A stretch of 64,000 nucleotides of DNA from the human T2T-CHM13v2.0 reference genome, Homo sapiens. Numbering within the stretch: the first letter of the stretch is position 1; each line of letters starts with the position of its first letter. Under the pieces are notes generated by a model. That model searched no databases. It was given only the letters and a program-made list of their open reading frames with translations, and was not told the DNA's origin. The position numbers and the translations under genes were made by a program. The stretch lies in NCBI RefSeq assembly GCF_009914755.1, contig NC_060947.1, one strand, 5' to 3'. This document shows, one piece after another, positions 42,401 through 58,340 of the stretch.

Positions 42401-44162
42401 TATCACCAGGTGGTAAAAAAAGAAACAAATGAATGGAAGGCTTTTTGAAATCTAAAACTTCACATGTATCATCAAATCAGGAAAGTGAAAAAAGCGGGGA
42501 CATGTTCAGTTCAGTTGAAACTAAGGTTCATGGAAGGGAACAGTCAGAGATTGGGCAGAAAGCTGCAGCCAAATCAGGTAGGGCCTTGAGTGCCAGCAAA
42601 GGAGCTTCAGCCTTGAGTTTGCATTTGAGTGCAGAGCAGGGAGATGCTAGGAACTTTGTTCAGGAAGCTCAAGCTAGCAGACAGCAGATTGAGGGTGGAG
42701 GGAGAAGCTAGCTCAAGGGCTGGGAGTCCAGCCAGGAGACTCTTTGTTAGTCTCAGTGAGAAGCCATGAGGGCCTGCATTTTGAGGCTTTGAGGGAGAAA
42801 GGGACAAATTCGAGAGATGTTGGGGAGATACAATTAATAGGAGTAATTAACTGCAATTAACTGGTAATGTTGAGGGAGAAAAATTAAAGATGAAATAGAG
42901 GAATTGTTTTCAAGAAGAGTTCTAGGAGCATTATCATTTTTCAAAATGAAGTAATTTACAGAACTTCAATATATAAAGCTGATTAAAGCAGAGCAGCTCA
43001 GATGGAAGGAAAGGTGGGGAGTCTCTACCTTGCCAGTTTCAGTGCCACTAGCCCAGATACTACTGCAGTTCCCTGTGTAACTGTGCCAAAGTCAGTTTGG
43101 AAACTCTTTATTGACACGGAGAAATTCAGCTTTGATGACAGGGAAGACCATCCTGCCATTAACAGAAAGACGAAACTGGTTTGATTAGTGATTTGGTTTG
43201 CCAAAAATTTGAGGCGCTAATGGCCATGTTGGTAGAATTGTCCTAAGATGGTCACTGTAGGCTGGAGCTTTGGAGATTGGGTAAGATTGAGGTTTCCATT
43301 TGGGTGTTACCTACCTACTGTTGAATCTGTGCCAACAACACACAAGATTGACAGATCATATCAAGAAAGAAGAGAACTGCGGAGTGAACTTTGGGGAACA
43401 CCAACGTTAGAGAGATACCAATTCAGAAGAGCAGAAGGAAGAGGAGGCACCATGGGAAGTATGGTCAGACAGAGAACAGTCAGGAGAGTCCCACAGTTGC
43501 TGGGGGCGGGAGGGCAGAGTCAGCCACTTGAACATGGCAGGTAGTCTTGTGATACCACACTGTCACATAATTACAGATCTTACCACCTCCTTTCTCCATC
43601 CTCTCTATAGCAATGACAGTTCAAAGCAAAGCCCTTGTAAGTATCTTACCCATTTGATTTTGGACCTGGTAGAAATGAGGCTTCACCATCCTAAGATTGC
43701 AAAACAAAATGGAGACACACTCACATTTCACTTAGCTAGAAACCAATCAAGCGCCTCACATGAACAAAAGGGCGGCTTCAACCTCACTTCAGCCAGGGCA
43801 GGGATGATTAGAGTACAATTTCCTAGTATTTTGCTGGACTGTATCTGGTATTTTGCAGAGTGACCTGAGGACGTTACTTACCCTAGAGAAAGCTTCTGGG
43901 TTGGTTCCCTTATCAAAAATACCCACAGCGGGGTCAAGGGATTTATTTAATATCTCTATCTCTCCCTCTCGTTGTCCATGCATCTCTTCCTTTCTCCCTC
44001 CCTCCTCCTCTCTCCTCTCTATATTCTTCCTTCCCTTTCCCCTCACATTTATCACTAGATTTAGACCTTTGCTGTGGCTGTCTTAATGGGATGGTGGAGC
44101 TATGTAATGGCAGCACCCAATTAGCTTGATGTTTGGTGTCATAATAGAACAAAAGCTGGTGA

Positions 44163-44684
<522 letters not shown>

Positions 44685-45155
44685 TAGCATGGCTTTTCTA
44701 GTGCTGTGCATGTGTCACCCCAAATAAGACCTCAGCATCAAATCCTATACCCTTAAAAGTCCACCCCACCCCCTGCATACACACTCACCACTCTGTCCCC
44801 ACCAAGAAATGTTTTTGGCCCATTTTAATTAAGCAGCATTGTTACTGTTCCAAAGGCAGGTTGTTCTGTCCTTTCCTATCCATGTCCTCACATATAACCA
44901 ACACACAGATGTATAGCTAGGTTTTGTTTGATCTATTTGGACAACTGTAATGGTTGGGGTTGGAGCATGTGGTTATTTATCCTAATGGGCCATTATGTAC
45001 TTCAGATTTCATTTACAGTATTATTTCAAGGTTGGTTATGATATGAATGACAGCATTAGTCTGCCTTTTTCAAGGCATTATATGGGAATAAATTTATAGC
45101 AGAAAAGGTTTGATGATTCAGTCTTTTACTGAAAAGATGAAGCATTGGTTTCTGA

Positions 45156-45377
<222 letters not shown>

Positions 45378-45871
45378 TAGGGAGATTTGAACTAGTGAAT
45401 TACTTAGTTCTGTAATTCCCAAAGTTCTCAGGGCTTGGTTATCATGTCATTTGTTTTCCCACTGTTCTTCCCCTTACCCCAACTTCAGAAGCTCAATGGC
45501 ATATACCACTGTCATTACCTTTCAAGTGATTTTGGAATGACTTATGAAACTTCCCTGGAAATGATGTGCTTTTTTGGTCCAGTAAGCCAGAACTCGTGTG
45601 GGAATGTGAGAGTTGTTTAGAGCTGTCTAAATGGCCTCAAAAATTGGCTTTGGGAAAACTAGGCCTGAGGAAAAACTCAGCTCCTTGCTGCATTTGATGA
45701 CATGTTTTCAGAGTGAGCCCCACAGTTAGGCTGGGGCCCCAAGCAGAGAAGAGAAATGCTGTCATCTGGATTTCTCAAGATACTTTGCCTAGCTGCCTCC
45801 AAGGGTTTTAGCCACCTAGATCAGTCATAAGCTCAACATTTTGAGTTGTTTGATTTGGTTGAGGCTCCTAA

Positions 45872-46033
45872 CAGTGGGTCTCAACCACACATCACATTGA
45901 AAGCTTTAGAATAACTCTGATGCCTAGCCCATATCCCAGACCAATGAAATAAGAATTTCTGGGACTGGGACCCAGGAATGAGTATTAAAGCTCCCCAGGA
46001 GATTCCCAATTGCAGATATTTGAGAACGACTGT
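45872..46033. mobile_element. MER5A-type hAT-Charlie MITE
   Basis: Terminal inverted repeats cagtgggtctcaa / ttgagaacgactg. Confidence 0.75.
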
Positions 46034-46953
46034 CCTAGGGAAGGCCCTAAATTCAGGCTTCTCACTTTGACTAAACCCCATTGGGTTAAAAAATAGCATC
46101 CTCAAACATTGCATTGTGTCCTGCTAGGACTTAGTTGTCCCAGTGGTGTTTGATACTGGGAATGCTGTGATGAAATACCATGACTAGTGTGTAGCCAACA
46201 TCAACTGTCCATGGTCCTTACATCTGCCTTTTCCCTACTTTCTGTCATTTCCCCACTGTGGTACAAATTGCTTCGTGTCTGCAGGTGACCTTTCTGTGGT
46301 GTAAATTGTTCCTTAGAAGCAATTTTCCCCTGCTCCTGCAGACAAAAATGACAAGGCAGGCTGGGTGCTAGCTCCATTGGAGATGCCAGGACAACAGTGC
46401 CTGTGACCATTGTATAGGTGATGAGAGATTTGAAAGGCACTGGATGGTAATGCTGCTCCCTCAAAGACCAAAGGTTTTCTCTAAATGTCCTCAATTCTGT
46501 GACACTACAGAGCACTCAAGTGCTCCTAGGGTTTGCCATCTGTCAAAGCAGGGGTTAGGGAGCATACACATGTTCCATTGACAAGCTGTTACATGAGCTG
46601 ATGAAGACTGGGATATACATAGGAGACCATGTAAATGAAATGTTTGAAGAACTGAGAAAAATCGGTACCACAGACATATATACATATGATTATGAACTAA
46701 CATCACTCTACATTCCAAGGTTGTGTTTATATGTATGTCTTTCAAGGGATCACATTTGGCCTAATCCATTTAGAATATGCATTCCCAATTGGGGAGATGC
46801 TGCCCCTATGGGGGTAAAAATTGGTTTTGGAGATGGGGTGAAAAGATCTTAGTTATTGCAATGGGGTGTGACCCTCCAAAGGGCCACAGGGCATAAAGAG
46901 AGAATAAGTATATTTCTTGTATTAAAATTTCATTGGGGGTACGTGAAAAAATA

Positions 46954-47288
46954 CAGTGATCCCTCCGTATCCATAGAAGATTGGTTCCAGGACCCCCTCG
47001 GACACCAAAATCCTCAGATGCTCAAGTCTCTGATATAAAATGGCCATTTGCATATAACCTGTTCACATCCTCTAATATACATTAAATCATCTCTAGATCA
47101 CTTATAATATCTAATACAATGCAATGGTATGTTAAGAGTTGTTATACTGAATTGTTTAGGGAATGATGACAAGAAAAAGTCTGTATATGTTCAGTGCGAA
47201 TGGAACCATTCATTTTTTTCTGAATATTTTTGATTTAAGATTGGTTAAATCCATGGATGCAGAACCCACGGATACAGAGGGCTGACTG
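46954..47288. mobile_element. MER2 (TcMar-Tigger) with TA TSD, nested in an hAT-Charlie-like MITE (~46780-47352)
   Basis: TA|cagtgatccctccgtatcc...ggatacagagggctgactg|TA terminal inverted repeats. The host element ends aaggttgaggaacact. Confidence 0.88.
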
Positions 47289-49297
47289 TATCTTAAAAAT
47301 TCCTTGGTGGTGGTGGGGGGGTGATATGGAAAAACAAGGTTGAGGAACACTTAGAGGAATGATATTTTTGCTAGGCTTATGCATATATTAGCCTGGGAAG
47401 CACCCTTATAGTTTAAGCCACTCATTTTATGGATGGGGAAACAGTCCCAGGGGTGGGGGGCATAACTTGGCTATTAATTGGCACTATAGTCATGTAATTT
47501 TCTGTCTGGACATCAGCTACTCCTAGGGACGAAGGGGTTTAGGCTAGGTGATCTCTACAGATCTCTCCAGCTATTGGGTTGTGAATGAAAAGTCACTTTC
47601 AGAAATCAGGATCTAAGAACAATTTCCAAATGGGAGAGCCAGTGGAGCCAGATGACCTAAGGAAATTGTCCTGTAAGGCAAAAGAGAAAGTACCTAGTTT
47701 GCATATATGTACACAGGTTTTCACAAAATCCGCTTGAATTTGATTGAAACCGATATTTCTCCACAGTAGCTTACAGAAAGAAAACCACAGAATTCCTGCA
47801 GCTCATAAAAGCTGGAGAACATTTATTGTAAAAAGTCATTTACAATAAAAGATTCTGCAGGACCTCTAACTAATCATTTTATAGTTGTACTTAATCCTTT
47901 GCTAGAGACAGCTACTCTGCCATTTTGAGAATTGAAACTTTCACAGTTGCATAGAAAATATTTTGATAAAAGGTATACAAGAAAATTAAAACAGCTAAAT
48001 CTGCATTATATTCCTTCTTTTACATAAAATACCATATTAGTGGAATTCTTACATCCTGCTATCAAAAATTGAAAATGTTAAATCCTGTTATAAAATACTC
48101 ACTATAAAAGTGTCATGTATAATATTCATTACACATAAAAAAGAAATCAGTATGTCTAAGTCAGTTTAATCATGACCATTATCAGGGCTAAAACCTTTGC
48201 AATAAAATTTTACCAAACTAAAATATTTAGTAGTACTATATTTTTTGGCTTTTTGACACACTATTTCAAACTATCATTTATAATGAAAGTGATGGGATTA
48301 TTGTCAACAGTCATACTACAGCTTCTCATCTTTCATGACAATAGCATCAATTTGTTAATCTTCTCCTGAGAGTGAAATTGATGTCCTCACAAAGAGTTCT
48401 AAAGCAAAAATGTATGTGTTCATTGTCCATGAGACTTCTAAAAAGCAGCCCTTAGTTGCAAGTACTGTCTATAGGACACTACAATGAGCAGATAGTTTAG
48501 TAAATTTCATGAATAGAAACTAGTTGAGGCGATGATTTGGATTCAGGTCCACCAAAAAGATAGCAATAACAGCAACAACAATGCCACAAACCACATATGA
48601 TACCCTGCCTGCATTTTTCTCTTCTCAACTAGCCTTGGTGTCATGATGATAGAACCTTAAGCCGGTAACTTCATTGTTTTTTTTTTTTTTTTTTTGAAAA
48701 TAGCCAATCAAGTTTATTTATAGGTGGTTAACTGGAATATATATTAAGAATAGTTGGGCATTGAAAAGTATACATAGGCAGATAGGTGGCATATAGTTGG
48801 CTAAGTGTTGCTAATAAGTTTGAAAAAACAGTTGCAGACATGTCACTGTCCTTTTGTCTAAGTGAGGCGATACGGGCTTTATGCCCAAAGGAAAATAGGA
48901 AATTAAACTTTTTTTTCATGAGACTAGGTATCGGAAAGGCCAATCAATATCTTTCAGGTCAATGGTCTTCTCTGGGATTTGAGAAATTGACTGGTCCTCT
49001 ATGTCATCCAGATTTATCAGACAATTTCTCCCCTATCTTGCTTATTAATTTGGTGGAAACTGAGACATGCTTTGTTGTTTCTTGCCTCTGGAGGGGACAG
49101 ACCCTTAGGTAGAAAGGAACTGTAAAGTGCCTCCATCACCTTCCCGCCTCTCATTTCTCCCTGCCTATATTAATGAAAGAAAATTGAAGGCAGGGTCCCA
49201 AGGCATGTCAAGAAGAATTGCAGATTAAGTAATGTTGTTGTGTTATTTTAATTAGACAGGCTTTTTCAATCCTAGAAAATATTTTTTTTTCTATTTC

Positions 49298-50712
<1,415 letters not shown>

Positions 50713-50743
50713 TTAAGACCAATTCATACATTGTCTTCTGTAT

Positions 50744-50958
50744 CAGGGTTTCTTAGCCTGGGCACTGCTGACATTTTGGGCCAGCTCATTCTCTATTGTG
50801 GGAGCTATTTTGGGCACTGCAGAAGTTTATAAGCATTTCTGGCCTCTGTTCACCAGATGCCCCCTCTCCCCAGGGGTGACAACTGAAAGTGTCTCCAGAC
50901 ATTGCCAAATGTTCCCTGTGGGAAGGGGGCAAAACTACCCCCCAGTTTCAAACCACTC
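50744..50958 (-). mobile_element. MER20 (hAT-Charlie)
   Basis: cagggtttct...ggcactgctgacattttgggcc...tgtctccagacattgccaaatgt...gggggcaaaa...aaccact. Ends ~60 nt before an exon. Confidence 0.9.
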
Positions 50959-50995
50959 TTTTATATGAAGGAGAAAACAGAGAGTATTATCTTGA

Positions 50996-51154
<159 letters not shown>

Positions 51155-52449
51155 TGAATGGCCTTTCTGCAATCATCTTCCTACACTCATTTCAGCTAGA
51201 ATTAGAAGCTATGTTTTAAAAAATGTATCATTTCCACTTATTAATAATTTGTCCAAGCCATCCTCTTAGAAGTCATCATAATTAGTTCTTGCCATTTTAT
51301 TAATATCATGGAAAATTTATAATTGATGGATGCTGACTTTATAAATTATCCCCTCCAGAAGTTATAATGTGAGTGTTATAATTTTCAATATTCATAACAT
51401 TAAAATGGAAATGTAGTGGGTAGAAATAAGTATAATCATTTTACCATTTAGCATTGACTTGTCTTTTCAAAGGTGCAGTTTTATAATTCAAAAAAATGGT
51501 GCTCTCAGGATTTCTATTACAAACCATGTTTTCTAAGAATTTTTATCTTGGTTATTAAAAAGGGAGGGGCACTGTTCCAACTCAGAGTTGGTGTTTAAGG
51601 CTGCAGGTGTGGAGTAGACTTTCCATGCATCTGGAATTAGGGAAATAGATGAGGTGGTAGTAGGGGCTGGCGGTACAGATGAGAGGATGAGAATAAGAGA
51701 GGGGATATTAACTGCACACATTATTGGTTTCATTTACATTTTAAATGAAATTTTCTGGCTGTTGGTCTTGGTGGTGTAGAAATTCTGTGTTATCAAAAAA
51801 TTCATAGAAGAAGAGGAAGAAGAGGTAGAAGAAGAAATAATCCATTCTGGTGTTATCCAGTGATTTGCAGATATTTGTACAATAATTTAATCCACCCCTG
51901 AATAGTGGATAAGCACCATCGTTCACTAGATGGACTAAATAATCACTTTTGATTGATTGAGTAAGCAGTTTTTTACCTGAAAAGTCCTTATGTCCAGTCC
52001 CATCTGGCTTGATTAATCAATAATGCCAGGACTGGTTTATACTATCTATCTTGCTTGTACCTGCATTAACTGTTACAAATCTGAGGATATTTGTACCTAA
52101 ATCTTCAGACAAACACTGGACAGATTTAGTGTGCATATTTTCCCAGTGACACATTCCAAAAGATAAAAAGAACTATTTTTTTAAAGCAACTCTGCTCACA
52201 TAGAATCAGAAGTTTAGTTAGAGCCACAAAAGTAGGGTGATTATAAGGGCAGCTCTAGCCTTGCCTGCTGAGCCAATCAGCCATCTTTCTCTTTGCACTG
52301 CTCTGAGATGTAGGCACTGAGAAAAGTGTCAAGTATTTCTCCTTGACTTATTTTATATACTGTGAAAAGCACCACCACCATTCTGTAGCTTTCAAGGAGA
52401 AATTGATTGCCCAGTGTCTAGTCAAACTACCTGTGATTTTCAAAGATAC

Positions 52450-53150
52450 ACAAGATGAACATACTGGCAAAAATCATAAGGATTCAAAACTGAAGGGAAA
52501 CATTAGTGAACAAACACAGGGACAATTCATGCTCTCTATTCATTCAAAAATGCAAATTAAAACAAGGCACTTTTTAAATTAACAAGAAAACGTAACAATG
52601 ATAATATCTAGCACTAAAAACTACAGCAAAAAAAGGCCTAGCAGTGAACTAGACCTCTCCTATGCAGCTGATGGGAATGGAAATTGATTATTGTAAATTG
52701 AGGGCAATTTGGCATTGTGTAGGGAAAGCCATACAAATGAGTATTCATATCTTTTGATCCAGTACTTTAACTGTGGAAATCTGAGTTTTCTCTCCTGAAG
52801 AAAACAATTGTAAAGACTAGAACAAGTAATCGGTATGATGTTCAATTTGACATTATATGTAATAGCACACAATTGGAAGCACACCAAATAATAATAGAAC
52901 AGTAATTACATAGTAGGACACTCAACAGAATACTTTGCAGCGATTGAAATACAACAATGACAGAGACTATGCAGCCGCACAAAATATATTTATTATATGA
53001 TGTTAAAATAAAATCGAGCTGCAGAATAACATGCACACTACAATTATGATCATGAAAAGTTTGTATATGCATCTGAACCAAACTGGAAGGGAAATGAAAT
53101 CATAGCTGTAATAAGTCAGTGAGATTATGGGTGATTTCCCTCTCTGCATA
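52450..53150 (+). mobile_element. Degenerate old L1 (L1ME-like) 3' region
   Basis: aaaatgcaaattaaaacaa...ctgatgggaatggaaattg...gagggcaatttggca...ttttgatccag. Confidence 0.65.
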
Positions 53151-53208
53151 TTCTTCTTTCTTATTTTCTTTTAAGAAGACACATGCTGTCTTAAAAATAT
53201 GAAAGTAA

Positions 53209-53573
<365 letters not shown>

Positions 53574-53734
53574 TCATTAAGTAATTTTCTTTTAATTATT
53601 CACGAAAAAGTTATTTAGGGAAAAAAACATGATTTATGTTTTATTATATGCTATTTTACTTCCCATAGAAGTTTATTTCAATGAAATCTGAAAGTCAATG
53701 GAGAATTTACGAGCATTCACTTTAAAGTCAGTGT

Positions 53735-53930
53735 TTTTAAACTTTATTTTGAGGTAATTGTAGTTGCACATGCAGTTGTAAGAACTAATACAGAGAGTTC
53801 CTGTGTATTCTTCACCCAGTCTCCCCCAATGGGAACATCTTGCTTAACTATATTACAGTATCACAGCCTGAACATTGACATTGAAACACTCCGAAGACTT
53901 CATTCAGATTTCACCAGTTTTGTTTTGTTT
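53735..53930 (-). mobile_element. Old L1 (L1MC-like) 3' end
   Basis: actttattttgaggtaattgtag...catgcagttgtaaga...aatacagagag...ttcacccagt...cccccaatgg. Confidence 0.75.
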
Positions 53931-55173
53931 CCAACTTCACCATTTTTGCATGTACCCATTTATGTCTTCTCTATGTTTTACTTTTTTTATACTTTCTGTA
54001 AATTACATGTGTGTATAATATTTTTTTAATGAGAGGAATTTCAGTTGGGAATAAAATGAGTTAAAGCAACTAGGTCTTCTGGTCCACTTAAGCAATTGAA
54101 ACTCCACTATCAAGTCACTTCAAATGTGGTTGCAATTAGAGGGTGAGTGTAATGTGAACATAGTTTTTAGTAGTGCAATATCATGTTGAAGAAATTTTTA
54201 TTACTCTCTCCCCGACAGTATGCTGGCTACAGAGAGAGAGCCCCATTTTCTTCATTCAAGTAATTATAGTTGCTCTGAGCTCTGGGAATCTGCAATAGAA
54301 ATGTATTTGTGAAAACAAGTGGGGCATCACAATGACTTGACATTTCAGTGATCCAACTGTCAAAGAAAGCTAGATTTATTACATAATAAAAATTCCTTTG
54401 CTTAATATTGCAACAAAGGAAGGGACCCACGTTAAATGTACAAGTGCCTTTCCTGGAAAATGTTCACTCAACAGAACTAGAGCAATAACCAGGAGAGCAA
54501 GGCGGCTAGAATGCTGAGGAGGCCGAGTCTCAGGGGGTGAGCCTGGGCTCCCCAGTGTTCTGCGGGGGAAGGTTGCTGAAAGCGAGGAGTCAGGCATGCC
54601 AGCTCAGTGGCCCTGCAGGCTTTCTGTCGCCTTCTTATAAATGAGAACTTTCAACTTCCTTCTGCCACACTGAACTCCATTACTTATTCTACTACAAGTA
54701 CCTGTGAAATTGCATTAAAGCTCAGACAATGATTTTATGCAATGAATTGATTTTCAAGAGTCTAAATGCTCTGAATGGAATGTACTTGGCTAGAAGAAAA
54801 AAAAATGGGAACTACTCAACCTTTTATCACCCCAGTGCAGAACAGTAACAATTAAGGAGAATAGAAAGACAAAATATACAAGCATCATAAATTAAGGGTG
54901 CTTAGACCTTAAAATGCTGTGAAATCGACCTTCCTTTAAAAAAAAAAACCAAACCACTTTCAATAGGAATATATTCAAAACCTGAGCCATTAGAAAAGAC
55001 CTTTTAGCTGTGTGATTGAGGTCTCCCTATGCTCATGTCAGACATAGTTATATATTATTTACCTAATCTGTCATAAACTGAACTGAAACTGACATTCTTG
55101 TCCACCTCTCATTGAAAACCAGTCATAGTATTTAGCTACAGTGTTCCTAGAAACAGTATTTTACCAGCATTTA

Positions 55174-55175
<2 letters not shown>

Positions 55176-55207
<32 letters not shown>
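55176..55207. repeat. (AC)~16 microsatellite
   Basis: Direct observation. Confidence 0.95.
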
Positions 55208-55212
<5 letters not shown>

Positions 55213-55462
55213 GGTAATTCCACAGCATTGTCCTAAGGCTCATGATTTCACTGCTTTCTCCAGAGTTCAACTCTGTATTTCACATGAGTCCTCTTATGAC
55301 ATTTTTATCCTCATTTTGTGTATGTTTTCGGGGAAGCATGCTTTTGCCCACATGTACCAGTCAGTCCTCTTGCCCAGAACAAATGTGGGAATAACTCATT
55401 CAGGCAATCAGAATACCAGTGACTTTAGGCATTTCTGAAGGGTAATACAGATTCCACTTTAG

Positions 55463-55555
<93 letters not shown>

Positions 55556-55873
55556 TGAGTCCCATGGAGGCCACAAGGAAATTGCTGAAATGTCATGGAA
55601 GGATTTGAAAACTCTAGATCAACTTAAGCTGCTTACCCCAGATCATTACTCTTGTTTTCCATTAAACTATTAAAGGATAACTAATGGATTTCTTCAGTCA
55701 CTGACTAAACATTTACTCTCCTAACTTATACCCTTATCAAAATGGGATTTTAATGCTTGCCCCTTCCCTCTTTAGAATTTCTTTATTTACTTATGTTTCT
55801 CAATCTAACCATAGGAAAGTAACTGCAAATTGTGAATCAGCAGTCTTCTTAACAGTTTATAAAGTTTCACTAA

Positions 55874-56029
<156 letters not shown>

Positions 56030-57019
56030 TAGGTACAGGATGATAAAATCACTAATAAGACACGACATGCAGGTTATCGAATGTCAAATGCTGCCAAAGG
56101 CTTAACCTCTCTCCTCCCTGCTGGCCATGGCCGTCCTACCCTTCCTTAAGGGCTCAGCAAGGAGTTTATGGCTGATTTGGTTCCAGGGAGAGAAGGCACG
56201 ATGGTGCAATCTGCTGACTTTTTTCCAGACTCACCAAATGACCCTTGGCAGTCTCCTGGTTGCAGTGAGGAGTATGTCACCTTTTTGCTGCTCTGTGAGG
56301 TGGGCACAGCTTGTGGCTATAGGTTTGGCCAGTCTTTTGTTAAATGATAGGTCAGCCCAGGAATCTCTCAGAAGTGAGAGAAGTCACTGTGGCCACCCTG
56401 GCTCTATGTGCACGTCCACAACCCTGGAAGGCCTTTGTCCATGGGGAGTCTTGGAGTGCAGTAGTTGTAATTAAAAACAACTGATTGCTTTGGTTACCAA
56501 AACAAACAAACAAAGCCATATCGTAGGGAGCTGGGGCTTTTAACTTATAAGCACAAAAAATATAGGCAATCTCAAAATGCAACGCCAAAATTTGAGAATG
56601 AGCCCAGGTAAAAATTGCAAACAGCAACTTCATACTAGGCCTGATCACTGTACTCTCCAACAACAGTCATGATTTAGAGTTGGGGAGACTCAAGCTCCTT
56701 CTGTTGGGCAGGTCTAAAAAGAAAAGGACATGATTTTTTTTCTTTCTTGCCAAGTGCGTGAGACCTCTTGGCTAAATCATACCAAAGTAGTTGTTTGAAA
56801 TGAGCGAAATTATGGCCTTATGTGAAACATGCAGTGAGTGGAAGTGCACAGCTTTATGACGACACTGTGGCACAGTTGGGAAAAAGAGCATGTTTCCCAG
56901 CTATTATGTGGTGTGGCCATAATGCCATAAGGCTAGTATTGATGTGGGTAAAAGGGAGTCATATACAACAGGCCCTCTTCTCTTCATATGCCTACACTCT
57001 TAACTTCTGCTTTAGAAAG

Positions 57020-57205
57020 TTCTTTATTGAACTTCAGTGGGCATCAGAATCCCCCAGAGGGCTTGTGAAACAAGAATGCCTTGCCCCAGCTCCCAGATAC
57101 CTGATTCTGTAGGTCTGAGGTATGGCCCAAGAATTTGTATTGCTAATAAGTTCCCTGGTGATGCTTCTGCTGCTGTTCTTGTGATCACACTTTGAGACCC
57201 ACTGA
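57020..57205. mobile_element. MER5A (hAT-Charlie)
   Basis: gcatcagaatc...gagggcttgt...ctgattctgtaggtctg...ggcccaagaatttgtat...cacactttgagacccactg. Confidence 0.82.
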
Positions 57206-58287
57206 TGTAATATTTGCCCTCTTTGGCCTACCCTCTATAGTTTACAGGGTATTGTAAAATTCCAAACAAATACTAAATAATTCATTCATCCAGGAGTATG
57301 TTGAGCCTTCTTGAGATTAAAAACTGGAGTCTGCAGAATGCACCTTAGGTGTGGGTCTACAAAGCTCCAGAGAAGTATTCCGTTCTCACTGGACTCCCGA
57401 AAATGCTGACTCTTTCCCTGACCCTCCTTTCGCAAAGGGGGCTGGGCTAGCAGCAAAGAGGCAGAAGATGAGCATCACTGGGGATGTAACTTCCGAGAGC
57501 AGGTCTGAGTCAGGCACAGTGCCATGAGTGTGAGTTGTGGCCATCTGTGCTGCTTGACCTTCCACCTGGCTAGGCCATTACAATGAGCCTGATCCCTGTC
57601 CTGTAGTGGTAATGCTGAATGTCAGTTTTCCCTCTGATCCACAAGTGTGTGGTCTTGAAAATACAAGGAAGCCCATCCTTTAAACCAGCCCACTTCCATC
57701 AGAGGAACAAAGGCATATTTAGTATTTGATTGCAATGCAGCCCTGGACCAGTCACTTTGTTAAATAGGGAAGCTCTTTAGCCATGAGGGTTTGCATGTAA
57801 ATAGAGCAAATCAAGGTGATTCCTGAAAACAAACAAACAAACGAAAATACTGCTTGGCTCTGACACATTCTTGGATTATTAGAAATGACAGCTCACTCTG
57901 CATCCCAGGGAAAAAGTTTGCAACTGGAGCTAAAGGTGAAAAGCTTACTTGCACTCTGAAGAGCTTGTTTGGCAGAATAAATTTCAGATGAGGATAATTA
58001 AACCACTTCTTGGAGAACCGAGTCTGATTTCACTGGGCCTTTTAGTATATAAGATCTTTCATCAAGTGACTTTCATGGTCCTGATTGGAGCCCACTAATT
58101 ATCCTAACCAGCTATTTTCATCGAGTGTGCGTCGTGGTGTGCTGACGTGCACATACATCCCAGCTCTGCATCCCGAAATGCTGCAATCAATATTAATGTA
58201 CTCTAAATCACACTTCCATCTGTTTCTGAATTAATAAAACACAAAATAGATGTCCTTATTTCCCTTTCTCTTCTCTCTCTCTTTTAG

Positions 58288-58340
58288 CAAAATGCTTCAA
58301 AAGTCGCACAGATACCCTCTCCATGGGTAAGCAATGGAAA
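58288..58340 (+). CDS. AFF2: AFF2 coding exon (~exon 19)
   Basis: Long pyrimidine tract ending cttttag, donor AA|gtaagt. Encodes QNASKVAQIPSPWVSNG(K). 53 nt. The remaining exons lie beyond the window. Confidence 0.92.
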